Shown: positions 17,233-26,104 of the stretch, piece by piece
How positions within the stretch are numbered: the first letter of the stretch is position 1
Layout of the letters: each line of letters begins with the position of its first letter
Sequence record: NC_027364.1
DNA length: 64,000 bases
Reading direction: 5' to 3' (one strand)
Position numbers and translations under genes: made by a program
The notes under the pieces: generated by a model
Databases searched by the model: none
The model's input: the letters and a program-made list of their open reading frames with translations, nothing else
Told to the model about the DNA's origin: nothing

Positions 17233-19437
17233 TTAACTGTTTCTCTCACCTTGAGTGTTTTCAGAGATAGTTCTTAGATAGTTATTTGTCTGTTGCACGG
17301 CAGATAGAGATTGCTCATTAACATCAGCAAGTTTTTTAAGTAACTCTTTCATGTCTTCTGATATTGTGGCATTATTATTAGCATTTGCCATACTACTACC
17401 ACTATTTATCATCGCTTTCATGGCCTCATAATCGTCCGGTTCAGCTTGAATTGGTGGTTCATTTGGACCCCATGCTGATTTATCAAAAGTTTTTGGAGTT
17501 ATGGTAACATATGGTGCAACATGTTCAGATTTTTCGATTCTCGCAGTTGCTCTTGGCTTATTTTCAAGACCACTACTAATAAGTTTTTCAGCAACTGATT
17601 CATCAAGGGGTTTTGGTTGTTTAAAGTTTCTACTTGAATTCCATTTTAAAAAACCATCAAATGAACTAGAAATATAATCACCAAATGAATTCATTTTTTC
17701 TTCAAAATAATTATTAACTTTTTCTGCACCATCGGTAACAGAATTGTTTTCTACTTTTACTTTGTCATCTGATCCACCAAACCAACCTTTAACAGAATCC
17801 CAAAGTTTACCAGGAAGATCCATTAGGTTATTCATAAAGCTATCAAATGCTTCTGAAACTTTATTATATCCACTACCAAAAATTTCAGTACCTAACCCTT
17901 CTAACCACTGCTCAAACTCACCACCAATCCTATCCAAATACGCAACTGCATCTTTCGCAATAGGAACCAAACCAAAACCATCAAGTGCTAACTCTCCGAT
18001 AAATTCCCATGCACCATCAGTACGGTCTGCAATATCAGTAAGGTAATCCGCAATAGAATTTTGTGTATCTGCATACATTTTATTAAATGGTTCAGTAAAT
18101 TCTTTACTAATCCATCTATTGAATCTATCAGTGAATTGTGTTAGTTTATCTGCTGGTTGACTCTTAGGATCATTAATCGCAGCTTCCATATCAAGTAGTT
18201 GTTGGTTGAAGGTTGCTGCCGTAGTGTTTCCTAATTGTATCTGATTTAATAAATCTTGCTTTATTAGTTCTTTGTTCTTTTTAACAAATTCCAATTGTTG
18301 ACGGCGAATTTCTTGTGAATCAGTAACACCACTACGTACCAAGTTCTCACCTAAATCAGCAAATTGGTTCAGTACTGGAGTCAATAAATCATCTGGTACT
18401 CCACCAATAGTTAAACGATGTGAAATTAAACGTAGAAAATCTGCACCAGCATCACCCATACTGGCAGCAGCTTCGTTAAATGCTTTTGATGTTGCAACTG
18501 CTGCTTTACTAGATAATCCAGAATAGTTTTGTAATGCGATTTGCATTGAACGTGTGTCTAATGATTTATCTAAGTTTTGTGTTTTATTTAATAGTGCATC
18601 AACTGACTCACCCATACTTTTACTGAACTTAGTCATGCTCATGATAAACTGTTCAGTACTTTTTGCTTGATCCATACTACGTAACATTTCTCTTCCACCA
18701 AATTGCTTTTGGAATTTAATATTACGTGCAGTTAAATCAGTTAATGTTTTTTGAGAAACACCATATAAACCTAATTGATTTTGTGCTTGTTGCACAGTAC
18801 CCAATAATTTACCAAATGTAGAAACACCATCACCATATGCACCATCTAATTGTGCAACAACGGCACTATGAGTTTGTAATGCTTCACCAAATGCATCAAT
18901 ACTCATCATTGATGCACCAGCACCTTTTAATATGGAGCCGTAACCTTCAGATAGAGCGACACCAGCACTGTTTATTCTATTATAAACTTCAAGCTGTGCA
19001 TTTAACACATTATAAACTGCTAAACCAGCGTCAGCGACCAATTTGAATGCAGATGCTGCTGCACCAACTGGACCTGGGATCATTGCTAATGAACCAGCAA
19101 ATGAAGATGCACTCATTCCTAGTGAGTTTACAACATTGCTAACGTTTGCAGACGTACTCATCATAGTTTTGCCGACATTCGATACTTCAGATGATAATGA
19201 TTTGAATATTTTTCCAAATTCTTTACCATCATCAGCTTTGTTATTTGTTCGAGAGCCACGGTTTCCAGTACTTGATGAATTACTTCCATTACGTTTTCCA
19301 CTTTTAGAACCGGATTTCTTTCTATCATTTTTTATATTTTCAGCCAATAACTCACGAATAGCACTCAAACTATCGTTGTTATCTTTAGTTTGATTAACCA
19401 ACTGCTGGAGTAGGTAATCACTTGTATTTCCAGCCAT
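17233..19437 (-). CDS. Probable tape measure / gp29-like protein
   Basis: 734 aa, Ala/Gly/Ser-rich helical composition with spaced aromatics; divergent from gp26-like gene. Confidence 0.55.
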   Translation of the reverse strand: MAGNTSDYLLQQLVNQTKDNNDSLSAIRELLAENIKNDRKKSGSKSGKRNGSNSSSTGNRGSRTNNKADDGKEFGKIFKSLSSEVSNVGKTMMSTSANVSNVVNSLGMSASSFAGSLAMIPGPVGAAASAFKLVADAGLAVYNVLNAQLEVYNRINSAGVALSEGYGSILKGAGASMMSIDAFGEALQTHSAVVAQLDGAYGDGVSTFGKLLGTVQQAQNQLGLYGVSQKTLTDLTARNIKFQKQFGGREMLRSMDQAKSTEQFIMSMTKFSKSMGESVDALLNKTQNLDKSLDTRSMQIALQNYSGLSSKAAVATSKAFNEAAASMGDAGADFLRLISHRLTIGGVPDDLLTPVLNQFADLGENLVRSGVTDSQEIRRQQLEFVKKNKELIKQDLLNQIQLGNTTAATFNQQLLDMEAAINDPKSQPADKLTQFTDRFNRWISKEFTEPFNKMYADTQNSIADYLTDIADRTDGAWEFIGELALDGFGLVPIAKDAVAYLDRIGGEFEQWLEGLGTEIFGSGYNKVSEAFDSFMNNLMDLPGKLWDSVKGWFGGSDDKVKVENNSVTDGAEKVNNYFEEKMNSFGDYISSSFDGFLKWNSSRNFKQPKPLDESVAEKLISSGLENKPRATARIEKSEHVAPYVTITPKTFDKSAWGPNEPPIQAEPDDYEAMKAMINSGSSMANANNNATISEDMKELLKKLADVNEQSLSAVQQTNNYLRTISENTQGERNS

Positions 19438-19525
19438 AACATTCCCTTTTAATAGATGTATTATAGAAATATTTATGAAACTATAGAGAATATAAAAATT
19501 AGTTTAATTTAATCTTTTTTAGTCT

Positions 19526-19533
19526 TATAAATA
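19526..19533 (+). promoter_or_regulatory. Late promoter
   Basis: TATAAATA upstream of gp26-like gene. Confidence 0.7.
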
Positions 19534-19567
19534 CTAAAACACATTTATTACATGGAGATTTAATAAA

Positions 19568-20404
19568 ATGGCTATGAATCCACTTGCTAAGTACACTAAA
19601 ATTGAAGAGATCAGTACTAAGTTAGTTACAAACGGCGTTATTCCTTATAAAGAAGGAGTTCTAGGTCCAAAAGGTGTCAAATGTGGAGTTTGTGCACGTA
19701 GTGCACGTGATGAAATGACACTTAATACCCCCGATATGTTACTAAACGGAGATGCAGTATCCCGTGTTATTGAAAACTGTGTTCCTAATGTAATTGACGC
19801 TGATGAGTTGTATGTAAATGACGTTGAAATGCTTCTTATTGCTATTAAAGTTGCTTCTAAAGAAGAAACATATGATATTAACGTTGTATGTCCTGAATGT
19901 GAAAAAGAAGGTCGATTTGAACGTAATCTATCATATCTTCTTGAAACTGCACAAGCATTTGAAGAAATCCCATCAATTGATTTAGATAATGGACTACGTT
20001 TAGAATTTAGACCACTGACATGGAAAGAATATTCATCGTTTGCTGAACGCATGTTCAGTGAGCAGCAGAAGACTAAGTTTCTTGAAACTGCTGATATTGA
20101 TAAAGATGAAAAAGTAAAAATATTTTCTGAAGTATTTGAAAACATGGCTCAACTTAACTTCGATATGATTGGTGGAGTTATTGCAAAAATTATAACACCA
20201 GATGGTGATGAAGTAGTTGAAAAAGAATTTATTAATGAATGGCTTGGACAACAATCGAAGGGAGTACTTAAACTAATTCGTGAAAAAATGGATGAAGTAC
20301 TTGAAATTGGTGTATCTCATAGTATGGAAGTAGAATGTGATGGATGTAATCATCAATGGGAAATTGATGGACTAAAATATGATCCTAGTCATTTTTTCGA
20401 GTAA
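19568..20404 (+). CDS. gp26: Baseplate hub / tail assembly chaperone (gp26-like)
   Basis: NPLAKY, ARDEMTLNTPDMLLNG, DVEMLLIAIKVAS, CPEC and CDGC, ends HFFE. Confidence 0.75.
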   Translation: MAMNPLAKYTKIEEISTKLVTNGVIPYKEGVLGPKGVKCGVCARSARDEMTLNTPDMLLNGDAVSRVIENCVPNVIDADELYVNDVEMLLIAIKVASKEETYDINVVCPECEKEGRFERNLSYLLETAQAFEEIPSIDLDNGLRLEFRPLTWKEYSSFAERMFSEQQKTKFLETADIDKDEKVKIFSEVFENMAQLNFDMIGGVIAKIITPDGDEVVEKEFINEWLGQQSKGVLKLIREKMDEVLEIGVSHSMEVECDGCNHQWEIDGLKYDPSHFFE

Positions 20405-20613
20405 TGCTTCTCCAGTCATCTCCTGAAGAAATACAAGAAGTACTGAAGGAGATAGAACTGAATAAGTCAGAAATCAAAAATGCACTAATGGAATGTTCTG
20501 TATATATGGATAACATTGACTATGGAACACTCCTTAATATGCCATTAATAGATAGAGACTTATTAGTTAAGTCTTTTAATAAAAAAATTAAAAAACAAAA
20601 CGAGAAGCACTAA
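20404..20613 (+). CDS. Short gp51-like C-terminal module; probably also made as -1 frameshift fusion to upstream ORF
   Basis: LLNMPLIDRDLLVK pattern; -1 frame relative to gp26-like ORF; no clear SD. Confidence 0.6.
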   Translation: MLLQSSPEEIQEVLKEIELNKSEIKNALMECSVYMDNIDYGTLLNMPLIDRDLLVKSFNKKIKKQNEKH

Positions 20614-20622
20614 TTTTCATAT

Positions 20623-20650
20623 AGCCAGCACATTGTTGCTGGTTTTTTTT
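20623..20650 (+). terminator. Intrinsic terminator
   Basis: AGCCAGCA-CATTGT-TGCTGGTT then T run. Confidence 0.85.
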
Positions 20651-20869
20651 GGTTTTAAACTACAGAATTATTTGAATTGAATTATGAAAGGATTAATTTT
20701 AATATTATTGGATTCATCTAACTCATTTCATTCGTTAGCTGAAGAATATTCGTTACTACGTAACTCATATTCATTTAATTAAATTAATTATAAAGAACTT
20801 TAAAAGATTTAATACTTGACGGGATTTGTTGAGGACATTTTCATCCCCCCGCAGGGGAATGAAGACAAT

Positions 20870-20892
20870 AAAAAAGAGACAATGAAGTCTCT
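20870..20892 (-). terminator. Terminator closing the candidate ncRNA
   Basis: AGAGAC-TTCATT-GTCTCT then T run on minus strand. Confidence 0.7.
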
Positions 20893-21323
20893 ATTTCTTG
20901 ACGCTGATGGTTTCAGCATTTATTGTATTGCGAATTTCTTAAAAATATATTAAGAACGAAAGCGGGTTGCTCTGTTTCTCTCTATCGCAGTCATGTGCAA
21001 CGGTCGTCAGTCTTAATCATCCTGACACTCACCTGAAAGTCTATACAATCAAACTTCAGGCTGTTTATTAAAATCACTTAATAAACTCCCTTAGCAAATC
21101 TGGTAAGGTGCGATCCTTATATGTCTATCTAGGAACTCTCTGTATGCTTATCGGAGTTCTTTATTGAGCCGCATTGCCGTGAGGGGTTCAAACTATGCCC
21201 ACATCTAACGGGTTTCTTTTGCTCATCGCACTGTTGAACTGCTCATCTGCCATCTACATTTTCGATAGGATCAGGTTCTAATTTATATGCATTTCTGCAT
21301 TCAACAGGATTGTCATTACTACA
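20870..21323 (-). ncRNA. Candidate ~450-nt structured non-coding RNA
   Basis: No ORF of 60 aa or more in 20614-21449; promoter at 21330-21358, terminator at 20870-20892, nine visible helices between them, higher GC than flanks. Confidence 0.55.
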
Positions 21324-21329
21324 ACAAAC

Positions 21330-21358
21330 ATTATAGCACAAACTTTAAAGTTGTCTCA
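21330..21358 (-). promoter_or_regulatory. Middle-type promoter driving into the ORF-free region
   Basis: TGAGACA-N16-TATAAT with TG extended -10. Confidence 0.7.
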
Positions 21359-21411
21359 CTATTTTTATAAAAATATTCATTAAGTACTTAAAATATTGCA
21401 AATAACTAATC

Positions 21412-21419
21412 TATAAATA
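21412..21419 (+). promoter_or_regulatory. Late promoter of endonuclease VII gene
   Basis: TATAAATA, 30 nt before ATG with GAGGA SD. Confidence 0.7.
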
Positions 21420-21449
21420 TTTTGATAACAAATAGTTTGGTGAGGAATT

Positions 21450-21941
21450 ATGAAAAAAAGATTAAAAGATAGTAAGGATGCTGCAAACTATCGAAACGAA
21501 TTGCTAAAGAAACAAAATGGAATAGATCCTATAATTAAAGAACCAATAACTAAACCAGTACTGGATCACTACCACTATGGTAACCAACATTGTAGACAAG
21601 TTCTTCAAAATGAAGTCAATGCTTGGGAAGGAAAGGTACAAAACAGCTTCAATCGATATATGAAGCACTTAACTGATAAACCATTATATGAGGTACTCAG
21701 AAATCTTGCTGATTACTTAGAGCGTAATAACAGCATTCCTGACGATGAACAAGTTATACATCACACTGCACTAACTGTGGATGTTAATAAGTTTAAAAGG
21801 CTTCCAGCAACACAGCAAAACGCGATTCTGGAAGGGTTAGGAGTTGTCCCTGGTAGTAACACTACTGCTCGTGTAAAGCAAGCTAGAAAGCTGATTAAGG
21901 ACGGTAAATTAAATATGGTTGATATAAAAAAAGGGAGCTAA
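21450..21941 (+). CDS. gp49: Recombination endonuclease VII (Holliday junction resolvase)
   Basis: QNG...VLDHYH...RQVL..EVNAWEGK aligns with T4 EndoVII QNG...HLDHDH...RGLL..LCNAAEGQ. Confidence 0.8.
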   Translation: MKKRLKDSKDAANYRNELLKKQNGIDPIIKEPITKPVLDHYHYGNQHCRQVLQNEVNAWEGKVQNSFNRYMKHLTDKPLYEVLRNLADYLERNNSIPDDEQVIHHTALTVDVNKFKRLPATQQNAILEGLGVVPGSNTTARVKQARKLIKDGKLNMVDIKKGS

Positions 21942-21952
21942 GGCTCCCTTTA
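21926..21952. terminator. Bidirectional terminator
   Basis: AAGGGAGC-TAAG-GCTCCCTT between convergent genes. Confidence 0.8.
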
Positions 21953-21959
21953 TCTTTAA

Positions 21960-24107
21960 TTAGAAAACATCGTCAAGGGTTGCATATTCAACAGTACTGA
22001 AACCGTCCTCTTTAACAACTTTGAGGATTTTTTCAGTCTTAGATAGTAACTCTTCTCTGTGGGAAATAGCATAAACGTTCTTACCACGTACAGCAGCCAT
22101 ATCTTGGAAGATAGACCACACACGTAGAACACCACTTGAGTCAAGACCTTGGTCAATCATCTCATCAATGATAAGAATATTAATACTTTGGTATAATGAC
22201 TCATATGTATCACGGAAAGCACAAGATAATGCGATGTTTACCCTTGTACGCTCACCTCTACTAAGCTGTTTATAGTCAAAGTACTGTCCACTCTTCTCAA
22301 TTTCAACACTCAAATCATTCAAAAACACAACATTATGCTCAGAACCGCACATATCGATATAGTACTGAAGTCGTGTATTCAAATATGATATATTTTGCTC
22401 AATAATACGTTTACGGACATAAGAATCCTTGTTTAAAAGTAATTTAACCAAGAAATCTTGGTGATTTGACATTTTATCAAGATTATTATAGTCGCTATAA
22501 TCAATTGGTACTAAAGAATCAGTCTTCAGGGTATTAATTTGGCTAATAAATGTGTTAGTAGTCTTCAATTCACGATCTAATTGCTGTGATAATGAATTTA
22601 CAGTCATTTCTAACTCTTTAACTTCATATTTGTTTAATGTATCTGGAACTTCCATTAGTTCATATGAGTTAAGTTCATCATATGATGACATAAGTTCATT
22701 TGCATAGATGTTTATTTGTTCTTCTTCACTCTTTCTGACCAATTCTTGAAGCTTATGTTCATGCATTTGTGCTTCTGAAAGTGTATTATAATATGTCACA
22801 GGCTTAGGTGGCATATCAAAAATCTCAATACTATCAATTTCTTGAAGTAATGTTTCAATTTCAGAAGAAGAACTATCAATTTTAGCTTGAAGATCATTAA
22901 TAGTACTTTGGATTTTGTCTTTAATTGAAGAAGTATGTTCGTTATGTTCCAATTCAGACATACAAAGTGGACATTTGCTGTTTTCAACTGTTGATAATTT
23001 GTCAATTTCAGCATTAATTGAACATTCATATCCTTTTAAAGCTATTTTTAGTGAGTTTAGTTTTTGTTCTTTGAAACGTTTTTGGTTATTATTCTCTTTT
23101 AGAATACCCTCTAACTGTTTCCATATCTCCAACTCATTATGATTTTCCAATTCTGCACTAATATCAATAGTTTTTAGCTTATCAATGCTTAGATTTAATG
23201 CTCTTTTAGATCTTTCAAGTTCACGGTCATATGCATCAAATTTTAAAGCCAACTCTTGTACACGGCGTTCGATTTCACCACGCTTTGCGTTATGAATAAG
23301 AGCTTTCTCTTTTATGTCCGCAGCTTCATAGAGGTCATTAAAGTCTAAAGTTTTATATATATTCAACTCTTCATTTAACTTAGATACTCTATTATTTTTA
23401 TCAATTTCAAACTGGTTTGCCTGTTCTTGTAGTGCCTCAATACTTTTTTGAATACGTTCATTACTTGCAGCTACAGTTTCATTTTTGAACTTTTCTTGTT
23501 CGGCTAAACGTTTAGTATCCTTATACATCTCCTTTAGCATTTCAGCTTTTTCCGTCAACTGTGTTATTCCAAGAAGTTCTTCTATCATATCACGTTGTTT
23601 TTGTGTGGATAAAGCTAAGAAAGGTTCAACGTTAGCATTCAGTACTACAATATGTTCAAATAATAATTGAGATATACCAAGAATTTCATTCAAATCTTCT
23701 TGTGTGTCTTTCTTTTCTCCCCTTGATTCATCTTCAATTTTATTATCTTTCCCTAAAGTAACAAAATTGAAATACGTGGGACTTCTCCCACGTTCAACCA
23801 GATATTGTACACCATCTTTTTCAAACTCTACAACTACTTCACAATTTTTTCCATTAGTTTTATTGACTAGGTTAGGAATTTTAATATCGTTACCAATACT
23901 TTTACCAAATAATCCAAAAACTAATCCTTGAATAATAGCACTTTTCCCTACACCATTTCGACGTCCGGTACTGTCACCACCTTCAATAACTGCATCATTA
24001 TTTTGACCCAGTACTAATGAAATGTCGGAACCATTCAAGTCAATTGATTGTGGTGCATTACCAAATGAAAAGAAGTTCCTCATAGATATACGTGTAATGT
24101 TTAGCAT
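21960..24107 (-). CDS. gp46: Rad50/SbcC-like recombination ATPase
   Basis: Walker A NGVGKS, coiled coil with CPLC hook, LSRGE signature, IIDE Walker B. Confidence 0.95.
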   Translation of the reverse strand: MLNITRISMRNFFSFGNAPQSIDLNGSDISLVLGQNNDAVIEGGDSTGRRNGVGKSAIIQGLVFGLFGKSIGNDIKIPNLVNKTNGKNCEVVVEFEKDGVQYLVERGRSPTYFNFVTLGKDNKIEDESRGEKKDTQEDLNEILGISQLLFEHIVVLNANVEPFLALSTQKQRDMIEELLGITQLTEKAEMLKEMYKDTKRLAEQEKFKNETVAASNERIQKSIEALQEQANQFEIDKNNRVSKLNEELNIYKTLDFNDLYEAADIKEKALIHNAKRGEIERRVQELALKFDAYDRELERSKRALNLSIDKLKTIDISAELENHNELEIWKQLEGILKENNNQKRFKEQKLNSLKIALKGYECSINAEIDKLSTVENSKCPLCMSELEHNEHTSSIKDKIQSTINDLQAKIDSSSSEIETLLQEIDSIEIFDMPPKPVTYYNTLSEAQMHEHKLQELVRKSEEEQINIYANELMSSYDELNSYELMEVPDTLNKYEVKELEMTVNSLSQQLDRELKTTNTFISQINTLKTDSLVPIDYSDYNNLDKMSNHQDFLVKLLLNKDSYVRKRIIEQNISYLNTRLQYYIDMCGSEHNVVFLNDLSVEIEKSGQYFDYKQLSRGERTRVNIALSCAFRDTYESLYQSINILIIDEMIDQGLDSSGVLRVWSIFQDMAAVRGKNVYAISHREELLSKTEKILKVVKEDGFSTVEYATLDDVF

Positions 24108-24115
24108 ATAGTCCC

Positions 24116-25147
24116 TTATAACGATCTGTAAATTTGGATTAGAAGATTTTTATCAAACATTGGTGAATCAATTTCCATAATTTGCTGCAAAACTATCTCA
24201 TCAACTGATTCAGTACTTTCAAAACTAACACCATCTTCGATTAATTCTGAAATACTTTGCTTGCTTGTCACAACATTAAACTCTCTAATGTTATAAAGTT
24301 TAGTAAATGTATCACGAATAAAACTAATCTCATCAGTTGTTATTGATATATCAACTTGAACTTTTGATATTGTGTTATCTTGTAGATAATAGCTTGGATC
24401 AGTCAACAATTCAGAAAGTGTGAATGTTCTATATTTTGGTGCATTATCCCATGACTTGAAAATAGGTTCTTTGCCATGTTCAAGAATCATCACACCTCTT
24501 GCATCATCCCATGTATCGGAAAAATTATGTGGAAAACAATTACCAGTATAAACTACACGAGTTCCTTTTGAAGTTGTTTTTGACTGTCGTTTATGAAAAT
24601 GTCCACTAAAAACATACTCACATCCACCAAAAGAACCTTCTGTTTCTTTTCCATGATCAGGCATTTCTACCATCTTGTTAAGCAAGTAACCTGGTAACTC
24701 TAAGTGACCAAAAACATACTTACTTTTTAGTTGAGGTAACAACTTATATTCATCTTCAATCATAAATGGAATGAAAGTACAATCATCAAAGGTTGTAATT
24801 TCATTAATGAATTCTATATTTTCATAAACTTGAGCCATATTGATACTTGTTATATCACGTTTGTTTTTATGATACATATCATGGTTGCCGACTAAAAAAT
24901 ATACTTTTTCAAAATTATCATTTAATAATTGAAGAATTTGTAAACCATAGTTTAGTGTTTGAATATTGATATTACTTCTATTATGAAAATAATCTCCCAT
25001 AAAAACACAAACTTTGATATTATTTTTTTTAGCTACATCAATCATGAATTTAATGAAGTTTAAACAATCTTCATTGTGTTGCTTGCTGTTATTCTTTAAA
25101 CCTAAGTGAATATCAGTGAATGTAATTGCTTTATCAAACAGAGCCAT
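24116..25147 (-). CDS. gp47: Mre11/SbcD-like nuclease
   Basis: FTDIHLG, GDYFH, GNHD, GHLE, SGHFH. Confidence 0.95.
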   Translation of the reverse strand: MALFDKAITFTDIHLGLKNNSKQHNEDCLNFIKFMIDVAKKNNIKVCVFMGDYFHNRSNINIQTLNYGLQILQLLNDNFEKVYFLVGNHDMYHKNKRDITSINMAQVYENIEFINEITTFDDCTFIPFMIEDEYKLLPQLKSKYVFGHLELPGYLLNKMVEMPDHGKETEGSFGGCEYVFSGHFHKRQSKTTSKGTRVVYTGNCFPHNFSDTWDDARGVMILEHGKEPIFKSWDNAPKYRTFTLSELLTDPSYYLQDNTISKVQVDISITTDEISFIRDTFTKLYNIREFNVVTSKQSISELIEDGVSFESTESVDEIVLQQIMEIDSPMFDKNLLIQIYRSL

Positions 25148-25973
25148 CTTCATTTTTCCTTTCAATCATGTTCAATTCAATTTCAATTTGACGTGTATGT
25201 GATGGCGTAAAGCCATGCATTTCAAGTAAATCATCACGTATATTTCGAACATTTTTCTCACTATTCAATATAGAACGAAAACTATTGTTTACGAATGATG
25301 TATAGTAAGAGAAAGGATTTAGCTGAACTGCTGGTTTATCTTTTTTATAAAGAATGCTCTCTTTAAAGAGAAGTGCGTTTTTAACTAATTGTATTCTTGC
25401 ATCACCCATCATTTCATCTAAGTATGTATAGTTTCTGTAATTAGATTTATGAGAGATTTCCTCAGCAAGTTTAATGAACATCTTCCCTAGTTCATTTGTA
25501 ATTTTACCATGAACAGTACTGAATTCACCAGTTTCAAGATCTCCTTTCCAATGAGAACGACATACTTCATAGAGAATTCCTTCATTATCTACAATGTAAT
25601 GCTTGAATGGTTCAAAGTTAACTCTAGTGTCGGGTGGAATATGTTCATCTGTAATAACACGAATAACAACTTCATCAATTGGAACGTCAGTGATAACTAA
25701 ATTGTGTTCATCTGCATATTCTTTAGCTTTTTTAGCACTCATATTTTCCTTTTCACGAATACTATCAAGCATTTCATTGTTCAGTCGTTTAATTCGTGCT
25801 GCCTTAGCTTTTTCTAGTAACTCAGCAGTAATTTCTGACTCATGAAAAACAATATAATCATACATACTATATGATTTGTCTAATAACCAGCAATATGAAA
25901 TTTTACTTTTTTGTATTTCACGAAGTAAATCAGCATTATTGAGATACTTTTTACGCTTTGGTCTATTTGTCAT
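25134..25973 (-). CDS. gp55: Late-transcription sigma factor with large insertion
   Basis: KYLNNADLL, ELGKMFIKLAEEIS..NYRNYTYLDEMMGD, NPFSYYT..VNNSF parallel T4 gp55 motifs. Confidence 0.8.
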   Translation of the reverse strand: MTNRPKRKKYLNNADLLREIQKSKISYCWLLDKSYSMYDYIVFHESEITAELLEKAKAARIKRLNNEMLDSIREKENMSAKKAKEYADEHNLVITDVPIDEVVIRVITDEHIPPDTRVNFEPFKHYIVDNEGILYEVCRSHWKGDLETGEFSTVHGKITNELGKMFIKLAEEISHKSNYRNYTYLDEMMGDARIQLVKNALLFKESILYKKDKPAVQLNPFSYYTSFVNNSFRSILNSEKNVRNIRDDLLEMHGFTPSHTRQIEIELNMIERKNEDGSV

Positions 25974-26030
25974 TGTATTTTACTCTCCATGTTTAAATCC
26001 AATAGGTACAATCCTTGTACCATCAATGTT

Positions 26031-26059
26031 ATTATAGCACCAAAAAGCAGTTTGTCCCA
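26031..26059 (-). promoter_or_regulatory. Middle-type promoter of gp55-47-46 operon
   Basis: TGGGACA-N16-TATAAT with TG extended -10; back-to-back with plus-strand late promoter TATAAATA at 26062-26069. Confidence 0.7.
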
Positions 26060-26104
26060 CGTATAAATACATCAAATGTTCCCTTATTATGGAGAATCAA
26101 AAAG

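Noticed and set aside
21166-21190. Plus-strand GAGCCG...GGTTC resembling group II intron domain V
   Set aside because: Too short (24 nt versus about 34), lacks the tetraloop and bulge, no GUGYG start or domain VI, and not inside a gene.
20614-21449. tRNA, tmRNA, RNase P RNA, group I intron or CRISPR array in the gap
   Set aside because: No cloverleaf, T-loop or CCA end, no P7/R-S core recognised, and no regularly spaced repeats; a covariance search is still needed.
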